34,890 bases of DNA from Armatimonadota bacterium (lineage in GTDB: Bacteria; Armatimonadota; Zipacnadia; Zipacnadales; FEN-943): NCBI GenBank assembly GCA_026419655.1, contig JANZZA010000274.1:1-34890 (forward strand), given 5' to 3'. The stretch's first letter is position 1. The number at the start of each line of letters is the position of its first letter. Below, piece by piece: positions 17,102 through 25,943 of the stretch. A program made the translations under genes and the position numbers. The notes beneath the pieces were generated by a model. That model was not told the origin of the DNA. It saw only the letters and a program-made list of their open reading frames with translations, and ran no database searches.

Positions 17102-18223
17102 TTATCCCTTCATCCCGCTGAGCACGACGCCCTGGACGAAATAGCGTTGGCCGATGAGGAACACAAGTATGACCGGCCCCATCACCATAACTGAAGCCGC
17201 CATGAGGTAATGCCATTCCGCCGAGTACTGACCCATGAACGAATACAGGCCCAGCATGAGCGGCATCTTCTCGGTTGAGTTCATTACAATGAGCGGCCAC
17301 ATGAACTGGTTCCAGGTTCCCAGGAAAACAAAGGTGCCCAGAGCCGCCAGCGCCGGGCGCGACAAAGGCAAGATCACTCGCCGGTAAACGTCCCACGGAC
17401 CGCAGCCGTCCAGCCGCGCTGCATCTTCCAGGTCCTGCGGGACGCTGAGGAAAAATTGCCGTAGCAGGAAAGTCCCGTAAGCCGAAAACATGAGCGGCAA
17501 AATCATTGCCCAGTACGTGTCAATCATCCGCAGCCAGCGCAAAAGAACGAACACCGGAATCATGGTCACCACGTGCGGGACCATGATGGTGGCCAGATAT
17601 CCCAGGAAAATGCCGTCGCGGCCCGGAAACCGCAGCCTTGCAAAGGCAAAGGCCGCCAGGGAGGACGTGAATAGCTGCCCCAGCGTGACGATGACCGTGA
17701 CAATTAGCGAGTTGAGGTAGAAAGCCAGAAAGCCATCTCGTATGTGTATTCCGGGACATTCCCAGCGGCCAATGCGGAAGGCCATCCATGGCCGTTCGAG
17801 CTGTATGGCGTGCCACGCTTCAGGGTAGTTTGCCCAGCGGAAATAAAGTCGTTTGGCCGGCCGCAGGGTCTCGACAGCGCCGTGTGGTCCCTCTCGCGTG
17901 AGCGGCACGGTAAGTGTCCGTCTTGCGAGGTCTGGTGGTTCCAGGACGCGCACGACTGCCGCTCCCTTGAAGATGCGCAGTCTAGCCACCTTGGCCCGGC
18001 GGCCATCTACGTCGCACCAGAACAAAGGCAGTAGCTCGCCATTGGTTGGATTGCGCCATGTCTCGTGGATGCGGGGCAGAAACTCTGGGGGGAAGCTCAT
18101 CGCTGCACTGGGGTCCTTCAGCGACGTGGCCACCATCCACACCAGCGGTACCAGCATCGTGGCACCGCCGATGCCCAAAACCGTGTATGCGGCTACGTTG
18201 CCGAAAATCAACGCACGTTTCAC
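17102..18223 (-). CDS. Carbohydrate ABC transporter permease (MalG/CUT1 type) with extracytoplasmic insert
   Basis: TSLK, NSL, AFAFARLRFPGR, EAA loop LEDAARLDG, WNQFMWPL; GTG start. Confidence 0.93.
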   Translation of the reverse strand: MKRALIFGNVAAYTVLGIGGATMLVPLVWMVATSLKDPSAAMSFPPEFLPRIHETWRNPTNGELLPLFWCDVDGRRAKVARLRIFKGAAVVRVLEPPDLARRTLTVPLTREGPHGAVETLRPAKRLYFRWANYPEAWHAIQLERPWMAFRIGRWECPGIHIRDGFLAFYLNSLIVTVIVTLGQLFTSSLAAFAFARLRFPGRDGIFLGYLATIMVPHVVTMIPVFVLLRWLRMIDTYWAMILPLMFSAYGTFLLRQFFLSVPQDLEDAARLDGCGPWDVYRRVILPLSRPALAALGTFVFLGTWNQFMWPLIVMNSTEKMPLMLGLYSFMGQYSAEWHYLMAASVMVMGPVILVFLIGQRYFVQGVVLSGMKG

Positions 18224-18351
18224 TCTCGCGGCCCTCGCTTACCCAAGGCCCGCAGCGAGATACAGGAAATGCTCAGACCAACAGATACATGTCGATGGGC
18301 CGCTTCGCCGCGGACCTATCGCTAAGAGCCGACGCATGTCCATCAGTTTGC

Positions 18352-19350
18352 TCAAAACATGACCTGTGCTGCCTCACGACCGTACCGCCAGTTGAGCAGC
18401 GTCAGTACCAGAACAATAGCGAACAGTATCATGGCCAGCGCAGAGGCCCGTCCCATCTCGTGGTAGACGAAGGCTGTCTGATAGATGTGGTACAGGAGCG
18501 TAGTTGTGCTTCCTGCTGGGCCCCCGGCAGTCATGATGTGGATGCTGACGAAGAAACCCTGGAAGCCCGAGATGATTGACGTGACGAGAATGAAAAAGGT
18601 GGTGGGCGCCAGCAGGGGCCAGGTGACGTGTCGCAGCCGTGCCCACCATCCCGCTCCGTCCAGCCGGGCGGCTTCATACATTTCCTCTGGTATATTCTGC
18701 AGCCCGGCCAGGTACAGGACACAGTTATAGCCGCCGACGCCCACCCAGAGGCCCATGAGGATGAGCGCTGGCTTTGCCCAGGCCGGGTCGCCCAGCCAAT
18801 TGGGTGTGTTCTCAATGCCCGCCAGGCGCAGGGCTTCGTTCAGCAGGCCGTAGTCGGGCTGGTAAATCCATCGCCAAAGTACGGCAACGGCTACCGCAGA
18901 GCACACCGTCGGGATGAAGAACACGGTACGGAAAAGAACAACGCCGCGCATTGGCCGGTTAAGCAGAAGAGCTGTAACCAGGGAAAGGGCCATGCCGATG
19001 GGTATGCCGAGCATGAGATAGACGGTGTTGTAGAGGTAATACCAGAAGCGGTCGTCGTTGGGCAGAAGGGCGCCTGTTGTTGGGTCTCGGTGGAAGCCCA
19101 GTATCTCCACGTAGTTGCTGAGTCCCACCCACTGGGCTTGTCGCCAGGGGCTAATGGCGTCCCAGCGCACGAAAGACAGCAGCATTGCGGCGATGACGGG
19201 CACCAGGGTAAATACCAGGAAGCCTACCAGGTTGGGCAAGAGAAAGCCGTAAGCTGCTGCCCACTGGCGCAGGGCTTTCGAGCGAGGCCTGGTCCCGCCA
19301 GCCATAGAAGGAATTGTAGGTTGTTCTTTTCGCACCTGGTCGTCGTGCAT
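18352..19350 (-). CDS. Carbohydrate ABC transporter permease (MalF/CUT1 type)
   Basis: WVGLSNY, FRTVFFIP, GLLN, YLAGLQNIPEEMYEAARLDGA, GGP; alternative start at 19305. Confidence 0.93.
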   Translation of the reverse strand: MHDDQVRKEQPTIPSMAGGTRPRSKALRQWAAAYGFLLPNLVGFLVFTLVPVIAAMLLSFVRWDAISPWRQAQWVGLSNYVEILGFHRDPTTGALLPNDDRFWYYLYNTVYLMLGIPIGMALSLVTALLLNRPMRGVVLFRTVFFIPTVCSAVAVAVLWRWIYQPDYGLLNEALRLAGIENTPNWLGDPAWAKPALILMGLWVGVGGYNCVLYLAGLQNIPEEMYEAARLDGAGWWARLRHVTWPLLAPTTFFILVTSIISGFQGFFVSIHIMTAGGPAGSTTTLLYHIYQTAFVYHEMGRASALAMILFAIVLVLTLLNWRYGREAAQVMF

Positions 19351-19403
19351 TTCTCTGCCTCAGCCACGCGGGGCGAGGCTTTATCAGCCAGCGCAGGGCC
19401 AGT

Positions 19404-20174
19404 TCAGGTTACATCTGCGGCCGCCGATGTTTCGCTGCGCCGGACGCGAATGCAAGCAGCCAGTTCGTCGTCGAGGGCCAGAGTAGTGCCGCCGATGCGC
19501 ACAACGTAAGTGGGCGCCGTCTGCAGCACCGCGATGGGCTGGCCTGGAAAAAGTCCCACTGAAGCCATTTGGCCGATCCTCCGCCCGCCCCGACGGCGCA
19601 TTTCGGCATCGTCTTTTGCAGCCGCTTGGGGTGGAGGTCCGCCCCAGCCGCGCGGTCCCCCCCGGATAGGTCCTGGCACGCACGTGATGTATGCAACCGT
19701 GCCGGCCTGGCCAGCTTTCATTTCTGTTAGTGGGACCACCGCTGGCCGGACGGCCATAGCTCCCGCCTGGCAGCACGGCCCTGGAGGGATGCGGTGACGG
19801 TGCGGGCACTCGGTTGGGTGGCCCAAAAGCGTGCAGATGCTGTCGGCCAGCTCCGGGCTTACGATGTGCTCCATCTCGCCGGCTATATAGTCGCCGCTAT
19901 CTGGCTCCATTCCCAGCACGTCCGCCATCAGTCTTTCCGCGAGACGGTGGCGCCGTACTACGTCGCGTGCACGTTCGACGCCGGCCTCGGTTAGCGACAG
20001 CTTGCCCTCGTGCTCTGTAACCGAGCCGTCTTCCGCGAGGCTCTCTACAGCTTCGCCGTTGTGGCGCATTATCTCCGGGTGAGACCGGTCTACCGGTCCT
20101 TCATTCTGCTCAATCTCCAGGTAGTATAGTGCATGCAGCAGGTGGTCTTTTCTTTGCGAAAGCGGTTCGCTCAT
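19404..20174 (-). CDS. DtxR/MntR-family metal-binding dimerisation domain fused to FeoA (SH3-like) domain
   Basis: LTEAG..A..VVRRHRLAERL, EMEH, LGHPTECPH..IP; C-terminal PLTEMKAGQAGTV..GLFPGQPI..LAL FeoA pattern; 12 nt downstream of feoB. Confidence 0.88.
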   Translation of the reverse strand: MSEPLSQRKDHLLHALYYLEIEQNEGPVDRSHPEIMRHNGEAVESLAEDGSVTEHEGKLSLTEAGVERARDVVRRHRLAERLMADVLGMEPDSGDYIAGEMEHIVSPELADSICTLLGHPTECPHRHRIPPGPCCQAGAMAVRPAVVPLTEMKAGQAGTVAYITCVPGPIRGGPRGWGGPPPQAAAKDDAEMRRRGGRRIGQMASVGLFPGQPIAVLQTAPTYVVRIGGTTLALDDELAACIRVRRSETSAAADVT

Positions 20175-20186
20175 GGCCCTCCCCCG

Positions 20187-22601
20187 TCAAAAGCTTATGC
20201 CCAAAGCTCGAAAGGCGAAGTTGGCGACAGAACCCGTCAACACAGCAAGCCCCATAATTATGACAGCAAGGGATGCTGTCCGCCGAAGCCCTTGTTCCTT
20301 GACAATGACTAATAAATTCGCCAGGCACGGGACGAAAAGTGTGATGACTATCAGAGCTACGACTACCTGAAGATTGTCCAGTTTTCCCTGTTGCTGCAAG
20401 TCATAGAGGCCAGCGGCTGCGTAGTCCCGGCGCAAAAAGCCGACAATGAATGCGAAGGTTGCCTCATGTGGTAAGGATAGCAGCCTGACAACTACCGGGG
20501 CTGCTGCCCGCTCCATTGCCTTCAGGCCGCCAAACCAGGCCAATACCGCCAGGGCCGCTGTGCCTATCAGGAAGTAAGGGACGGCCTCGCGCAAGAACCA
20601 CTCGGCCCGCTGCCAGGTCTTGCGCAGGACGTTGCGGGCCAGCGGTAGGCGCAAGGGTGGTATTTCGCAAAGAAAATCCGTGCTTTCACCCGGCAACAGT
20701 CGGTTTGCCAGCCAGCCGGCCAGAAAAAGCTGAGCCAGGACGACGCCAAACACAGCTAGAACTACCCTCGGGCCGACAGCGCCACCCAGGGCGAGAATGA
20801 TGCCCAACTGGGCCGAACACGGAGTTGCAAAGGCAAGAAGAAACGTCGCGATGATGCGCGCCTTGGGGCTTTCAAGGACACGGGCCGCCAGGGTGGCCAT
20901 GGTCACACATCCCAGCCCCAGCACGAAAGGTACCACTGCCCGCCCGCTAAGCCCTATCTTGGTAAAGAAGCGATTCGCCAGCACCGATAGCCGCGCGATG
21001 TATCCCGAGTCTTCCAGCAGGCCCAACAGCAGGAAAAAGAAAACGATGATGGGCAGGACAATGCCGAAAGCGTAACGCAGGCCCATGGAGAAAACTCCGT
21101 ACTGGCCCACAAGGCAGTATCGGAGAAACTCCGAGTCTATTCCACCCGTCACAAGAGCGTAAATCCGCGGCACGACAAGCCCTTGCCCGCGGCGTACTAA
21201 AGCTGCCTCTGCTACGCTGGCACCCTGTCCCGGGGCGAGCTGGAGCACGATAGCGTATTCCACTGCATCTTGCGATGGGGTGAAGACTGCTCGGTAAAAC
21301 GAAGCACCGGCGCCTGCCACCGAGGGAGCCATAGTAAACTGTTCCCTCTGGCCGTCGCGCAGTCGCAGGGCCACCCTAGCCTTTGGGGCGGGGCCACCCG
21401 ACGGCCTAGCGGCCAGCCTGGCCTCAAAGGTCGCGCCGGCAGGCAGCCTGGTTGGGCAGCCTGGGCCCGGCAGGAGTCTAATCCTCAGCGCGACGTCAGG
21501 CCTTTGGGGTCTGATGACCGCTTCTGTGCCCGTCACTTGCAAGGCGGCCGCTGGTTCAGTTTCCACGTGCGCTGGAAGCTCGCGCTCGCCTAAGACCATC
21601 ACCGGCTCCGGAGGTGTCCCGATCACGCTGTTTGCCATCCAATCTGCCACCGTGCCCGCTCCAAGCCTGCCAACCACCACGTACAGGATGATCAGCACCA
21701 ATGCAAGAATTATCGGCCCCAGGATTGGGTTCATTGTGGCAGCGGAAGCCACTGCGCCCAACCGGCTTACCGAAACTCTTCGCTGCGTTGTCACCTGCCG
21801 GGCCAGCTCGTCAGCCATCCGCCACCGTGCCTGTCCAACAACCCAGCCTGGACCGTCCGCGTACTTTGCCAGAAGCCTTCGGCGCACTGCCTCGGCTGCC
21901 TGAACGACCTCGGGCCCCCCGTGTTCTGTTAGCCATTTCTCCAGCTCGGCATCATCGCTGGCCAGCAGAGTCAATGCCACGCCGCGCTTATCTAGCGGCA
22001 GGTCAGGGAGCAAGGCTGCCACCTGCTCGGCAGCCTTCTCAATCTCCGGCGGATAGGGCACGGCAAGCTTGGGTGGTCTTGCTCGGCGCAGCGCATGGAA
22101 AAGCTCCGTAATGCCCCGACGCTCGACGGCTACTGTGGGCACTACCTCTACCCCAAGAGCGTGGGCGAGCTTGTCATGGTTTATGCTAATGCCGTCTATG
22201 GCGGCCTCATCCACCATGTTGAGGGCCACAACGACGGGCACGCCCAGCTCGGCCAGCTCTGCGGTGATACGCAGGCCGCGGTTGAGGTTCCGCGCATCTA
22301 TCACCTGAAGGACTACATCAGCGCCGCCAAGTACCAGCTCGCGCGTCACCAGCTCGTCCACGCTCACCGGCACCAGGCTGTTTATGCCCGGCGTGTCAAT
22401 GACTTCTGGCTGGTGGCCGCGGCCGCGCAGGCGTCCACGGGCCATTTCTACTGTCGTGCCCGGATAGTTTGAAACTGTTGCGTAACGTCCCGTCAGGAGA
22501 TTGAAAAGCACGCTCTTGCCGACGTTGGGATTCCCAACCAGGAGAATCCGCTCTGGGGCGTGCGTTTGAGACTTCTGACAGGGTTCTGGTGTGTCGGTCA
22601 T
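20187..22601 (-). CDS. feoB: Ferrous iron transporter FeoB with extra extracytoplasmic domain
   Basis: G1 GNPNVGKS, NYPGTTV, G3 DTPG, G4 NMVD; gate motifs LEDSGYIAR, GLGC, PCSAQ, EIPPLRLP, PCLA. Confidence 0.95.
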   Translation of the reverse strand: MTDTPEPCQKSQTHAPERILLVGNPNVGKSVLFNLLTGRYATVSNYPGTTVEMARGRLRGRGHQPEVIDTPGINSLVPVSVDELVTRELVLGGADVVLQVIDARNLNRGLRITAELAELGVPVVVALNMVDEAAIDGISINHDKLAHALGVEVVPTVAVERRGITELFHALRRARPPKLAVPYPPEIEKAAEQVAALLPDLPLDKRGVALTLLASDDAELEKWLTEHGGPEVVQAAEAVRRRLLAKYADGPGWVVGQARWRMADELARQVTTQRRVSVSRLGAVASAATMNPILGPIILALVLIILYVVVGRLGAGTVADWMANSVIGTPPEPVMVLGERELPAHVETEPAAALQVTGTEAVIRPQRPDVALRIRLLPGPGCPTRLPAGATFEARLAARPSGGPAPKARVALRLRDGQREQFTMAPSVAGAGASFYRAVFTPSQDAVEYAIVLQLAPGQGASVAEAALVRRGQGLVVPRIYALVTGGIDSEFLRYCLVGQYGVFSMGLRYAFGIVLPIIVFFFLLLGLLEDSGYIARLSVLANRFFTKIGLSGRAVVPFVLGLGCVTMATLAARVLESPKARIIATFLLAFATPCSAQLGIILALGGAVGPRVVLAVFGVVLAQLFLAGWLANRLLPGESTDFLCEIPPLRLPLARNVLRKTWQRAEWFLREAVPYFLIGTAALAVLAWFGGLKAMERAAAPVVVRLLSLPHEATFAFIVGFLRRDYAAAGLYDLQQQGKLDNLQVVVALIVITLFVPCLANLLVIVKEQGLRRTASLAVIIMGLAVLTGSVANFAFRALGISF

Positions 22602-22613
22602 GGTGTTGTCTTA

Positions 22614-23840
22614 TCAGTGCCCGACCTGCATCTTCCGGACTGGGCGGCGCACGGTGAAACTTTTGGCCCCTTCGCCCCACAGCACCGTTACAAGGCATGT
22701 CAGGTTCGCCAGAGCCTTTTCAGGGTCACCGGCCGCAAGCGAAAACACCAGTTCCTTCGCCTCTCCGGGCGGCACCGACACGGAAACATCTAGTGGGTCG
22801 AGTTTGTCGCAGTAAGCCAGGCCTTCCCACCGCAGCCAGGCGCGGATTGTACTGTCCGTCTCGTTTGTTATAGGTAGGGTGAGCGTCACGACATCCCGTT
22901 GCCGAGGGTGCACAGCTTGCAGCGAGCCTATCCCGGCGGCCATACGGCGCACCACTTCCGCCTGCTCCTGGGTGACCGCATCTTCGGCTTCGACGGCCCC
23001 GGTCTTGATGACGGCCCAGTGTACTGCATCCCCCTTCACGCTCACCAGCAGATAGTGATGAAAATCCCCAGCTTCAGGCAGCGGGCCTGTCTCTGAGCCG
23101 CCGCCCCCGCAAATTACGTATCGCACGCCATCGCGTTCCGGTAGCAGATTGTAGACGTGATGGTGTCCAGCAAAGCAGACTTTGGTCAGCGCCGGGTGCC
23201 TTCTCAGCAGCTCGTGGATGGCGTCCCAGCGCGTCTGCGGCCCACCGATAAACAGAGGTTGGTGTACGAAGACGAACAGTTGGCGTGCGTCCTGGTGCGC
23301 CTCAAGCTGAGCCGCTACCCACTGCTCCTGTTCGGCGCCGATCATACCGGGGTTTGCGGCCTCATCTGACGCCAGGCACAGGAAAAGCGCACTGCCATAC
23401 CTGAAGGCATAGTACATCGGCCCGACCAGCTCTCTCCACAGTTCTTCGTGCATTGGCTTGGATACGTCGTGGTTGCCTACTACCGGAAATAAGGGAACCC
23501 GACAGCGCTCCACTACTTCGAAGTACGCGTCCCACATTCGCTTGAGCTGCGCGCGGTCGTCGGAATAGCCAAAGATTAGGTCGCCGATGATGACTGCAAA
23601 GTCTGGCCGGAGGACATTGATCTCGGCCACGGCCCGCTCGAATACCGGCGATGGGACGATGGGCATGAAGTGGCGCACGTCGGCCATGACGACGAAGGCC
23701 CAGCGGGGGCCTGGATCGCGCTGGAGGGATAGGGCATTGAGGGCGTCCGCTATAGTATGGCCGGCCAGAGCCACCGACGAAAAAACACTCGCGAACGAAA
23801 GAATGGCCGTCAGCAAGAATATCAGGGCCACGCGCTTCAT
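22614..23840 (-). CDS. Secreted calcineurin-like metallophosphoesterase with C-terminal Ig-like domain
   Basis: Signal peptide; DxR/H, GDL, GNHD, HQP and GHHH metal ligands. Confidence 0.9.
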   Translation of the reverse strand: MKRVALIFLLTAILSFASVFSSVALAGHTIADALNALSLQRDPGPRWAFVVMADVRHFMPIVPSPVFERAVAEINVLRPDFAVIIGDLIFGYSDDRAQLKRMWDAYFEVVERCRVPLFPVVGNHDVSKPMHEELWRELVGPMYYAFRYGSALFLCLASDEAANPGMIGAEQEQWVAAQLEAHQDARQLFVFVHQPLFIGGPQTRWDAIHELLRRHPALTKVCFAGHHHVYNLLPERDGVRYVICGGGGSETGPLPEAGDFHHYLLVSVKGDAVHWAVIKTGAVEAEDAVTQEQAEVVRRMAAGIGSLQAVHPRQRDVVTLTLPITNETDSTIRAWLRWEGLAYCDKLDPLDVSVSVPPGEAKELVFSLAAGDPEKALANLTCLVTVLWGEGAKSFTVRRPVRKMQVGH

Positions 23841-23893
23841 CGGTATATAGTTTTCCCCCTCATAGGCTTAGTGCTGAATGAACTTGCCTCATT

Positions 23894-24898
23894 TTACCTT
23901 CCTGTGGGTGGCACCCACGGCCGGCAGTAGAAGCTCACGTCGCACCACCGTCCGCCGTAGCTAAACTGATTGCGCAACGTGGCCTCGCGCCAGAAGCCGG
24001 CCCGTGCCAGGGCCTCATGCCGTCCGGCCGCATCGTTGTCCATCGCCGCCTGCACTTTTCGGTCGTCTGGCCAGGCCAGCGCAGCCAACAGAACTTCGGC
24101 CTGCTCGAGGAACGCTGGATGCACGAAAAAATCAACCATCAGCGGGTGCTCCCTATAGGCTTTTTGGATCCAAAGCATCGCGTGGCCTACTATTGCACCG
24201 TCTTTGGTGCACAAGACCTTATTATCGGCGACGGTCCCTTGCTCCTGGGCTGCCATGAGGCTGAGGAACGGACCTTCCCAGAAACTTGGTCCATAGTGGC
24301 CGAAAAATAAATTGCGCAGCACCCAGCCGTCGGTCGCTGAATAAAGCGCTGTCAGCAGCGGCCAGTCGGCCCAGCAAACGGGCCGTACTTCACACGGCTG
24401 CGGTCGGAAGTAGTCTTGTTCAAAGCCCTCGTCTAGGGGCCAGAGCATTGCGCCATCATGGCCCAGCGCGTGGAAGCCGAAACGCTCGTAGAGCGTCGCA
24501 GCTACGGGATTGCCCGTGGCAAGATACAGAGCACGGCCATCGCGCGCCCGGAAGTCTTCACACGCCGCTGCCATGAGCACTACTGCAATACCTTTTTGTC
24601 GGTGCTCCGGCCTCGTGAAGACGTGCTGAAGGATCCCGATGGGCCGCTGCAAGGTATCTACTACTGTTATGTTGCCGCATAGCTCGTTCCGCACCACGCA
24701 CTCGAAAAAGCTCATGTTCAGCTCACCCAGGCCGCTATGCAAAGCCCGGCGCATCGCGCCCAGCCATGGTTCTCCCTTATGCGCCAGCAGCGGAAGTATG
24801 CGCTCTGCCCAGTCAGGGGCCGGTGCTCGCACGAGCCAGATTTCTGCATCCTCTCCGCTTTTAAGCTTGACTGTGTCAAGTAGCTTTTCCATTTGCAT
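23894..24898 (-). CDS. Tandem GNAT acetyltransferase
   Basis: VFTRPEHRQKGIA motif A and LYERFGF; second degenerate GNAT half ending AGFWREATLR. Start may be 24892. Confidence 0.85.
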   Translation of the reverse strand: MQMEKLLDTVKLKSGEDAEIWLVRAPAPDWAERILPLLAHKGEPWLGAMRRALHSGLGELNMSFFECVVRNELCGNITVVDTLQRPIGILQHVFTRPEHRQKGIAVVLMAAACEDFRARDGRALYLATGNPVAATLYERFGFHALGHDGAMLWPLDEGFEQDYFRPQPCEVRPVCWADWPLLTALYSATDGWVLRNLFFGHYGPSFWEGPFLSLMAAQEQGTVADNKVLCTKDGAIVGHAMLWIQKAYREHPLMVDFFVHPAFLEQAEVLLAALAWPDDRKVQAAMDNDAAGRHEALARAGFWREATLRNQFSYGGRWCDVSFYCRPWVPPTGR

Positions 24899-24913
24899 TC
24901 TCCCCGCGCTGCT

Positions 24914-25639
24914 TTAAGGCGCCGTGGCTACATGGATTGCGACGATTCCACCAACGCAGAATTTCACGGTGTTCACCTTCAGCCCTGCTGTCTCCATAAT
25001 ATCAGCCAGCTCCTCGGCTGACATAACCCGCGTCACCGATTCTGCCAGGAAACTATACGCCGCCCGGTCTACCAGCCCGCCAACGGTCGGCACCACTCGC
25101 CGCAAGTACGGCCTGAGCAGCCAAGACACGGTGCGGGGTGGCTGGGTAAACTCGATACATCCGACGTTGCCGCCGGACTTAACTACGCGGCCCATTTCCG
25201 CGAAGAGCTGCTGGGGAGAAGCTACGTCCCGCACTGCAAAGCCGACCATGGCGGCGTCGAAGACGCTGTCAGCAAAGGGCAGCGCCATAGCGTCGGCGAC
25301 GACAGCCCAGCCGGCTGCTGAGGCGTCTTCAGTCACATCCGGCCTCCGGGTGAGCATGGACTTTCTGTGCCGCAACATTACCTCGCTGGCATCCAGTTCG
25401 ACCACGACGGCTCCCCGTGCTCTTGCACGACGACTTAGCGCGCCCGTGCCGGAGCACACATCGAGCACAAGTTGTCCTGGCCTCAGTTTGATCTCCTTCA
25501 TGAAAAACCGTCGGGCGATCCGGTGCAGCCCGAAGCTGAGAATATCGTTGAGAAAGTCGTACCGGGCCGCGATCCGGTCGAACATAGCGGTGACAGCGCG
25601 GCGATGGGCGTTGGTTGTGTCGTCGCTACGGGCGGCCAT
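24914..25639 (-). CDS. ubiE: Demethylmenaquinone/ubiquinone methyltransferase (UbiE/MenG)
   Basis: MFDRIAARYDFLNDILSFGLH, VLDVCSGTG SAM motif, DAMALPFAD, GFAVRDV, AYSFLAES; alternative TTG start at 25657. Confidence 0.88.
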   Translation of the reverse strand: MAARSDDTTNAHRRAVTAMFDRIAARYDFLNDILSFGLHRIARRFFMKEIKLRPGQLVLDVCSGTGALSRRARARGAVVVELDASEVMLRHRKSMLTRRPDVTEDASAAGWAVVADAMALPFADSVFDAAMVGFAVRDVASPQQLFAEMGRVVKSGGNVGCIEFTQPPRTVSWLLRPYLRRVVPTVGGLVDRAAYSFLAESVTRVMSAEELADIMETAGLKVNTVKFCVGGIVAIHVATAP

Positions 25640-25666
25640 GGTAATAGCTGCGGACAACGCGAGGTA

Positions 25667-25695
25667 AGGCTATCATGCATAAAGGTTATGTACAA
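25667..25695 (-). promoter_or_regulatory. Putative sigma70 promoter heading the ubiE-GNAT-phosphoesterase-feoB directon
   Basis: Minus strand TTGTAC(25695-25690)-N17-TAGCCT(25672-25667). Confidence 0.45.
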
Positions 25696-25943
25696 TGTAC
25701 CGGTTAACTGGCCCGTGCAATGAAAACAGTCCGAGAATGCTTAGCTAAAGCACTTGGCGAAAAGGCTTCTCAAAGCACATTACTCGGAAAAGCCTTATCT
25801 CCGAATGCTTGTGTTCTTGCCATGCCTTTTGATGCGAAATCAGGAAAGATAACCGCTCAGTGATGCCTGCGGCAGCGGAGCTAAGAAACAAGTGAAGGAG
25901 CAGGGCCAGCGGCGTGAGAGGCATTACCGTGAGCTGAGAAGAT

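Noticed and set aside
25935-25937. In-frame TGA just upstream of the glcD ATG as possible selenocysteine
   Set aside because: It does not align with a conserved Cys and no SECIS is evident; all Fe-S motifs in the window use ordinary Cys.
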